A DNA stretch of 56,211 bases from the NCBI GenBank assembly GCA_036785375.1, contig JAWMAR010002394.1, positions 69,790 to 126,000 of the forward strand. The letters run 5' to 3'. How positions within the stretch are numbered: position 1 is the first letter of the stretch; each line of letters begins with the position of its first letter. A model generated the notes under the pieces. That model was not told the origin of the DNA. It saw nothing but the letters and a program-made list of their open reading frames with translations, and ran no database searches. Made by a program: the position numbers and the translations under genes. Origin of the DNA: Leucoraja ocellata (lineage: Eukaryota). This document shows, piece by piece, positions 48,073 to 56,211 of this stretch.

Positions 48073-48719
48073 ATAGAAACATAGAAACATAGAAATTAGG
48101 TGCAGGAGTAGGCCATTCGGCCCTTCGAGCCTGCGCCGCCATTCAATATGATCATGGCTGATCATCCAACTCAGTATCCCGTACCTGCCTTCTCTCCATA
48201 CCCCCTGATCCCCTTAGCCACAAAGGCCACATCTAACTCCCTCTTAAATATAGCCAATGAACTGGCCTCAACTACCCTCTGTGGCAGAGAGTTCCAGAAA
48301 TTCACCACTCTCTGCGTGAAAAAAGTTCTTCTCATCTCGGTTTTAAAGGATTTCCCCTTTATCCTTAAGCTGTGACCCCTTGTCCTGGACTTCCTTAACA
48401 TCGGGAACAATCTTCCTGCATCTAGCCTGTCCAACCCCTTAAGAATTTTGTAAGTTTCTATAAGATCCCCTCTCAATCTTCTAAAATCTAGAGAGTATAA
48501 ACCAAGTCTATCCAGTCTTTCTTCATAAGACAGTCCTGACATCCCAGGAATCAGTCTGGTGAACCGTCTCTGCACTCCCTCTATGGCAATAATGTCCTTC
48601 CTCAGATTTGGAGACCAAAACTGTACGCAATACTCCAGGTGTGGTCTCACCAAGACCCTGTACAACTGCAGTAGAACCTCTCTGCTCCTATACTCAAATC
48701 CTTTTGCAATGAAAGCTAA
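48073..48719 (-). mobile_element. CR1 3' insertion specific to gene C
   Basis: Interrupts ttgctccatac|accgactatt, which is contiguous in units 1-2; short catac duplication; uninterrupted C-terminal ORF. Confidence 0.9.
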
Positions 48720-49303
48720 CATACACCGACTATTCTTTCCATCGAAGCGCAATCCAGTTCCTCCTTAATTCACATGCACGCTCCGCTCACTCCGACTCCT
48801 CCATATATCAGGGGTAAATTACACCTGTTCATTACCTATCAGGACGCACGTCTTTGGGATGAGAGAGGAAGCAGTAACGCTCAGGGGAAACACAGGGAAT
48901 AACACGGAGAACGTGCAAACTCCACACCGGCAGTCAGCATTGAGACCGGGATACTGGCCCTCAGAGGCAGTAGCTGCTTCGGCTATTCCCTCAAGCAATC
49001 AAGGTGGAGATAAAAGGAACAGCAGATGTGGGGTTACAAACAAAAAGACACAAAGTGCTGGAGTAACTCAGCGGGCAAGGCAGCATCTGTGGAGAACATG
49101 GATAGGTGACATTGTGGAATGCTGAAGAAGGGTGCCGACCTGAAATGTCGCCTATACACGGGGTTTGGAGATTGCATCCTTCACGTGGCCCGCCCTGTTT
49201 CGACGAATGCAATCAACCTGGTGTGCACAATCAAATAAGATCAAATAGAACAAGTTGTCCAACAACTTTGGGCAATGCACGCCATACGCAAGAAAAGGAA
49301 TCC

Positions 49304-49554
49304 TATCCATGTTCTCCACAGATGCTGCCTGACCCACTGAGTTACTCCAGCACTCTGTGAAACGTCACCTATCCATGTTCTCCACAGATGCTGCCTGACC
49401 CGCTGAGTTACTCCAACACTCTGTGAAACGTCACCTATCCATGTTCTCCCCAGATGTTGCCTGACCCGCTGAGTTACTCCAGCACTCTGTGAAACGTCAC
49501 CTATCCATGTTCTCCACAGATGCTGCCTGACCCGCTGAGTTGCTCCAGCACTTT
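49304..49554. repeat. 66-bp minisatellite, 4 copies
   Basis: Same unit. Confidence 0.9.
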
Positions 49555-49721
49555 GAATTCTATGCAAGATTCCCACATCTGTTGTTACTGTTCAGGCAAC
49601 TGAAGTGTGGGAATTGGTCTACGTTTACAATGACAGTGGGAACATCTCGGTGTATAAGAATGGAAGGAGACAGAAAGAAACTGGGAAAGTAATTGGTGAA
49701 CTTGATGTTTTATTCCTTCAG

Positions 49722-49879
49722 GCCGGATCCCTGTAGAAAGCCCTGCATGGGGATTACGTTGGCAGCTGCTGGTAATGGGAGTGAAACTTGCAACGTTCAT
49801 TGTGATCAACGTTATAATAGTTTTCATCATCCGCTCATGGGAGTCTTGTGGATTTGCCAGCCGGACAAAAGAAGCCTAA
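49722..49879 (+). CDS. Stalk + transmembrane exon of gene C (donor lost; read-through tail)
   Basis: Same TM as genes A and B; donor position reads GGGAGT; tail WESCGFASRTKEA*. Confidence 0.75.
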
Positions 49880-50877
49880 CAGGCTGGTCAAACGGTAAGA
49901 GGATTGCCAGCGCCATGTGTGGGTTGTATTAGCAGCTGAGGTCTCTGGACAATGGTGAATCTTATTGTCACCTGCGAGGTGCCACCACAGTGAAAATATT
50001 GTCCTTACAAACCAAAACTTAACCATACTAAACTTAACTAAATTTAAACAAACCAAACTAAACAAAATTAAACTAATCTAAGCGAAACTAAACTAAACTT
50101 AAATTAACTTAAATTAACAACTAATCTAATCTTCAATACATTCAGTTCCATTGAAATCCCGCACTTCCTTAGCCACGCTCTCATTACACTCCTACCATCA
50201 AGTAGAAGATATCTCAGTCTGAAAATCGTGACCACAAGGTTCAAGAACAGCTTTTTCCCTGCATCTATCAGACTCTTGAACCCCACAGAAGACTAAGCTC
50301 AACTATGAACATGAATGGACTTCCTTGTGTTGCACCAAGGATCTTGTATTTTAGTGTTTGTACCAGATACACATTTATTGTTGGTTTTGTATATTATATT
50401 TTATCTAAGTGTGTTGTATATACAGGCCTGTTACGCTGCTGCCAGTAAGAATTCCATTGTCCGATTGTCGGTACAACAAACTTAGATAAAATATAATCAA
50501 CAAAACCAACAACAAATTTGTAACTAGTGCAAACCCTCTTGAATCTTGCAACGTAGACTTACTGCAACATAACAAAGGCGACCTGGCAGGGAAAACTAGA
50601 CCGAACCTGGCGAGAAATAAGGAGCTCATCCAGGACTTGGATGGTACATGGATAGGTGGGTTTAGTGTAGCTGAGACATGTTGGCCGGTGTGGGGAGTAT
50701 GGGCCATAAGATCCTGTTTCCACGCTGTATCACTCTATGACTCTATGACTAGGAGCTATGTGGACACATACTTGACAAGAACTTTAATAACAATAATGTA
50801 GTCAATTGTGTTCAATGCTATTAATGTTTTTGTGCCTGTGCATGTGGTATAATAATGTATCTATTTTATTTTCACAG

Positions 50878-51045
50878 ACCATAAGTGTTGAACTACCTAC
50901 ATATTTGAATCAACTCATCCAACAGATCAAACCATGAAAAGTAAACTCATTACTGAATCAAACATTAGCTCAGTCAGCTGTGCTGATACTGTTGTGGGCT
51001 ATTTGGGATAATGTGATTTGTGAAATCTTAGACTCATTAAAACTC
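50878..51045 (+). other. Putative terminal exon of gene C (YHKC* + 3'UTR)
   Basis: Acceptor ttttattttcacag; paralogous to 6493 and 31050. Confidence 0.55.
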
Positions 51046-53179
51046 CACATTGCCTTCTTGTTTGTTCGTTCCTGACAACAACAGATTCAAGTCAGAGTGG
51101 TTACATTTCAAACGCAGACCATTAGACAATAGACAATAGACAATATTTGGTCTACAGTATACAGGCCCAGCCGCTCCATTCTCTCAGCATATAACAGTCC
51201 TGCAATCCCTGGAATTAACCTTGTAAAACTACGCTGCACTCCCTCAATAGCAAGAATGTACTTCCTCAAATTAGGGGACCAAAACTGCGGATAATACTCC
51301 AGGTGTGGTCTCACTAGGGCCCTGTGCAACTGCAGAAGGATCTCTTTGCTCCTATACTCACCTCCTCTTGTTATAAGGGCCAACATGCCATTCGCTTTCT
51401 TCACTGCCTGCTGCACCTGCATGCCCACTTTCATTGACTGATGAACAAGGACCCCCAGGTCCTACTGCACCTCCCCAAGCGACGATACCATGTGAAGAAG
51501 CGTCTTCACCTGAAACATCACCCATTCCTTTTCTCCAGAGATGCTGCCTGACCCGCGGAGTTACTCCAGCTTTTTGTATCTATTTTCGGACAGTCCTCTT
51601 GTGTTCCATTTGCCTGATGGATCTCCCGGTTTCAAACCATTTTAACTCTCCTTCCCATTCCCACACCGACCCCTCTGCCCTGAGTATCCTCCATTGCCTG
51701 AGTGAGGCCATTGGAGAAACTGGACCTCATTCTCCATCTCGGTAGCTTAGAACCCAATATTGAACTGTGAATTTTCTAATGTCAGATCACGTCAGTTCAG
51801 GCGACAGTTCGAGCTCGACAAACGAATCTTCGACACCAAGGTGTCTCGGCCACAAGATGGCGCCACAATGGTGTGATTTGACAGAGATTGTTACAGGTTG
51901 TAATAATAGACCAATAATGACACTTTGTTAATAGGATCTTGTTCATCTTCTTTATATAATGACAACAATTTATCGCTGAATGATGTGCGCTGGAAAGTTA
52001 TTAAAAGTCCTGCTGTATCCGAAACTGTAATAAGTCTCTTCTGTTACACGGATGTCCATTCTACCGGTATATACACGTATGTGTCTCATAAGGTCATAAG
52101 GTCATAAGGTCATAAGTGATAGGAGCAGAATTAGGCCATTTGGCCCATCAAGTCTACTCCACCATTCAATCATGGCTGATCTATATCTCCCTCCTAACCC
52201 CATTCTCCTGCTTTCTCCCCATTCCTCTAACACCTGTACTAATCAATAATCTATCTATCTTTGCCTTACAAACATCCACTGAATTGGCCTCACCAACCTT
52301 CTGTGGCAAATAATTCCACAGATTCACCACCCTCTGACTAAATTAATTACTCCCCATCTCCTTCCGAAAAGAACCTCCTTTAATTCTGAGGCTATGACCT
52401 CGAGTCCTAGACTATCTCGTTAGTGGAATAATCCTCTCCACATCCACTCTATCCAAGCCTTTCACTATTCAGTAAATTTCAATGAGATATCCTCTCATCC
52501 TTCTAAATTCCTGCTGGTACAGGCCCAGTGCCGTCAAACGCTCATCATATGTTAACCCACTCAATCCTGGGATCATTCTTGTAAATCTCCTCTGGGCCCT
52601 CTCCGGAGCCAGCACATCCTTCCTCAGATATTGGTCTTGTAGAATCCTACAGCTCATCTCCTTGGCATTCACTGCAACCCGATCTCAGATAAAACATTTC
52701 TAATCTCCGCAATGTGTTAACAAATAATCTGAAATAGTGTTTGAAATTAACCAAAGGAATATACACCAGTAAAAGATCACAACATCCCAAAGGAGCAGCA
52801 GCAACTGTGGAGAACATGGTTATTACCGGATGTCTGGAGAAAAAAGCATTTCACTGCATCAAGGTACATGTGAGAATCATGTGTCATTAGGGCGGCCCGG
52901 TGGCGCAGCGGTAGAGTTGCTGCTTACAGCACTTTCAGCGGCAGAAACGCAGGTTCGATCCCGACTACACCCTCGAGTGTCTGTACGGAGTTTGTTCGTT
53001 CTCCCCGTGACCAGTTGTCTCCGAGATCTTCAGTTTCATCCCACACTCCAAAGACATTTGTACGTTAATTGGCTCAGTATATGTGTAAATTGTCCCTAGT
53101 GTGTGTAGTGTAGTGTTAATGTGCGGCGCGGTGCGGACACGGTGGGCCGAATGGCCTGTTTTCGCGCTGTATCTCCAAA

Positions 53180-54945
53180 ACATAGAAACGTAGAAGAGGC
53201 CATTCGACCCTTCGAGCCATCACCGCTATTCATTGTGATCGTCTGTGCCTGCCTTCTCCCCATATCCGTTGACTCCACTAGCCCCTAGAGCTCCATCTAA
53301 TTCTCTCTCAAATCCATCCAGTGATTTGCCCTCCACTGCCCTCTGTGGCAGGGAATTCCACAACTCTCTGGGTGAAAACGTTTTTTTCTCACCTCAGTCT
53401 TAAATGCCTCCCCTTTATCTAAGACTGTGGCCCCTGGTTCCGGACTCGCCCAACATTGGGAAAACATTTCCTGCATCTAGCTTGTCCAGTCCGTTTATAA
53501 TTTTATATGTTTCTATCAGATATCCCCTCATCCTTCTAAACGCCAGTGAATATAAGCCTAGCCTTTTCAATCTTTCCTCATATGACAGTCCCGCCATCCC
53601 AGGGATCAATCTCGCGATTCAATGCTGCACTGCCTCAATCACAAGGATGTCCTCCCTCAAATTCGGAGATCAAAACTGTACACAATACTCCACATTTCTT
53701 CTTTCTAGAGCCCTATACAGCTGCAGAAGAACCTCTCTACTTCTATACTGAAATCCTCTTGTAATCAAGGTTAACATTCCATCAGCTTTCTTCACCGCCT
53801 GCTGTACCTGCACGCCAACTTTCAGTGACAGGTGTACAAGGACACCCAGGTCTCGCTGCACCTCCCCCTTACCTAACCTAACCCCATCGACATAATAATC
53901 TGCCCCCATGTTATTCTGCCAAAGTGTATAACCCCACATTTAATCTATATTATACTGCATCTGCCACGCATCTGCCCACTCACTCAACCTGTCCAGGTCA
54001 CCCTGCAACCGCCTAACATCTTCTTCACAGTTCACGCTGCCACCCAGCTTTGTGTCATCCGCAAACTTGCTAGTGTGGCTCCTAATTCCCTCTTCCAATT
54101 CATTAATATATATGGTAAACAGTTGTGGCCCAAACACCGAGCCTTGTGGCACTCCACTCGCCACTGCCTGCCAATCTGAAAAAAGACACGTTCACTCCTC
54201 CTCTCTGCTTCCTGTCTGCCAACCAATTTTCTATCCATGTCAACACCCCACCCCCAATACCATGCGCTCTAATTTTAGTCACCAGTTTCCCGTGCGGGAC
54301 CTTATCAAAGCCTTTCTGAAAGTCTAGATACACTACATCCACTGGCTCCTCTTCATCCATTTTACATGTCACACCCTCAAAAAATTCAGAAGGTTAGACA
54401 AGCATGATTTCCCTTTCATAAATCCATGTTGACTTGGACTAATCCTTTTACTGCTATCCAAATGCCCCATTGTTACATCTTTAATAATTGACTCCAGCAT
54501 CTTTCCCACCACCGAAGTCAGTCTAACTGGTCTATAATTCCCCGTTTTCTCTCTCGCTCCTTTCTTGAAAAGTGGGATAACATTAGCTATCCTCCAATCC
54601 ACAGGAACTGATCCTGAATCTATTGAACATTGGGAAATGATCACCAATGCGTCCACTATTTCTAGAGCCACCTCCCTGAGAACCATCAGGCCCAGGGGAT
54701 TTATCATCTTTCAGTCTCATCAGCCTACCCAATACTATTTCTCGCCTAATGAAAATTTATTTCGGTTCCTCTACCCCTGTAGATCCTCAGTCCTCCAGTA
54801 CATCTGGGGGATTGTTTGTGTTTTCCTTAGTGAAGACAGATCCGAAGTACCTATTCAACTCTTCTGCCATTTCCTTGTTATCCATAATAATTTCACCCGT
54901 GTCTGCCTTCAAGGGACCCACATTTGACTTTGCTATTATTTTACC
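53180..54945 (-). mobile_element. CR1 LINE fragment (longer paralog of 8597-9934)
   Basis: RT motifs plus upstream PVDWRIANVIPLFKKG...NYRPV. Confidence 0.88.
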
Positions 54946-54954
54946 CTCAACATA

Positions 54955-56211
54955 TGCAAATAAACCCCGCCTTCAAACCATCTCTCATCGACAACACATA
55001 TCAACAATGGGATAGACTGGGGATTAGGAAAGTAGGGGATATGTATGAATTGGGCAAACTGTTATCATTTCAACATTTAAAATTAAAATTTAAATTGAAG
55101 GATAGTCAATATTTTAAATATATACAGATATGTGACTTTATGAAGAAATATACACATAGATTTCAAACTATATTTTTAGACCTTTTAGAAGAAGCAATGC
55201 ATATTAATGCTGATTCACAAAAACTAATATTATACTTTTATAATAATATATTAAATAGAGAATCACCCTCAACAGAAGCACTAAGGGAAGAGTGGGAACA
55301 TGAGCTAATGATAAAGATCTCGAAGGATAGATGGGAAAAGTATTTGATGAATACACATAATTGTTCTATTAATGCAAGACATAATTTAATTCAATTCAAA
55401 TTATTACATAGACTATATTATTAAAAAACGAGGTTGAATAAATTTTATCCAAACGTCTCTCCCAGATGCGATAAATGTTTGTTTCAAAACGCTAATATAA
55501 CACATTCATTTGTAGGATGTACAAAGCTGAATAAAATTTGGAGTGATATATTTGATATATTTACAATGTTTTTCAAGTCCACAATAGAACCTAAAACGGA
55601 ATGGATCATATTTGGAATAATAGTAGAAGATACCAATTTAAATAAAGACCAAAATGTTTTTTTTTACTTATGGGTTAATAATTGGAAAGAAATTGATACT
55701 TAAATTTTGGAAAAATACAACCACACCAACTGTTAAAATGTGGATTAGGAATATGATGGACATAGCACGCCTTGAAGAAATGAGACTCCGACTAATAGAT
55801 AAATATGACCAATTCTTAAGGAGTTGGTCTCCTTTCATCGACTTTTTGGAAACATGTGATGCAGCGGTACCGTAAGGATTGCTGATTTCAGTTCATGACG
55901 CGGAGAGATCTACATCCCCGAATACAGATTTGAAAAATTCTCTTTTAAGCGGCCTTCTCTTCTATTTCTACTTTACACTTTTTTATTTTTTATATACAAA
56001 CTTCACGTTTTTCTACTCTCCATCATCTATTTTTCCACTTTTCCCCCTTTCGATTGTTCTCTTTTTTTTTGTCTTGCTTACTTCCTTCTCATAACATAAA
56101 ACTAGAGGTTGTACATAGAATGGATTACGGTATTACATAGTTGGCAACTAAAATTAGGTTCCACTGTGCTGTATTGTACTGTATTAACTTCTAATAAAAT
56201 AAACAAAAAGA
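54955..56211 (+). mobile_element. 5'-truncated L1-clade LINE (second subfamily)
   Basis: CSINARHNLIQFKLLHRLYY, CDKC motif, T-rich 3'UTR, AATAAA + A-rich end. Confidence 0.85.

Larger units (their letters stand above)
38587..50891 (+). pseudogene. Gene C: NKp30/NCR3-like paralog; all three V exons disrupted in this assembly
   Basis: Leader 38587-38617 (then gap), V7, V8, V9, TM 49722-49879, terminal exon 50878-50891. Confidence 0.65.
3200..54494 (+). repeat. Tandem segmental triplication (about 3200-27690, 27690-47020, 47020-54494)
   Basis: Same order of V, 66-bp array, TM, terminal exon, CR1, SINE, CR1 (plus BEL, Tc1, leader in units 1-2); visibly high nucleotide identity. Confidence 0.92.

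Overview
Eukaryotic (vertebrate) genomic DNA with several N-gaps. The repeat content (CR1, V-SINE/HE1-like SINE, Penelope, L1, BEL/Pao) suggests a cartilaginous fish, probably a skate or ray; this is inference. The window is a tandem segmental triplication with a period of about 19-25 kb. Each unit holds a + strand immunoglobulin-superfamily receptor gene resembling NKp30/NCR3. The architecture read from splice sites is: leader exon (MQWSVVAWFF..., cut by a gap), three separate germline-joined VJ-type Ig exons, one transmembrane exon with an intramembrane Lys, and a tiny cytoplasmic/3'UTR exon (YHKC*). Nine V exons are present: 4 intact and 5 disrupted in this assembly. There are also 3 TM exons, 3 terminal exons and 2 partial leader exons; the TM and terminal exons are absent from the ORF track. 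No RSS flanks the V exons. The main hypothesis is a RAG-independent, activating NK-type receptor family that either picks one V cassette by alternative splicing or builds multi-V ectodomains. Other points: two independent full-length L1 insertions about 167 bp apart in paralogous introns, a TM splice-donor switch that changes the tail, and Penelope-derived hammerhead-ribozyme-like cores. All alignments were done by eye; exon models need RNA evidence.
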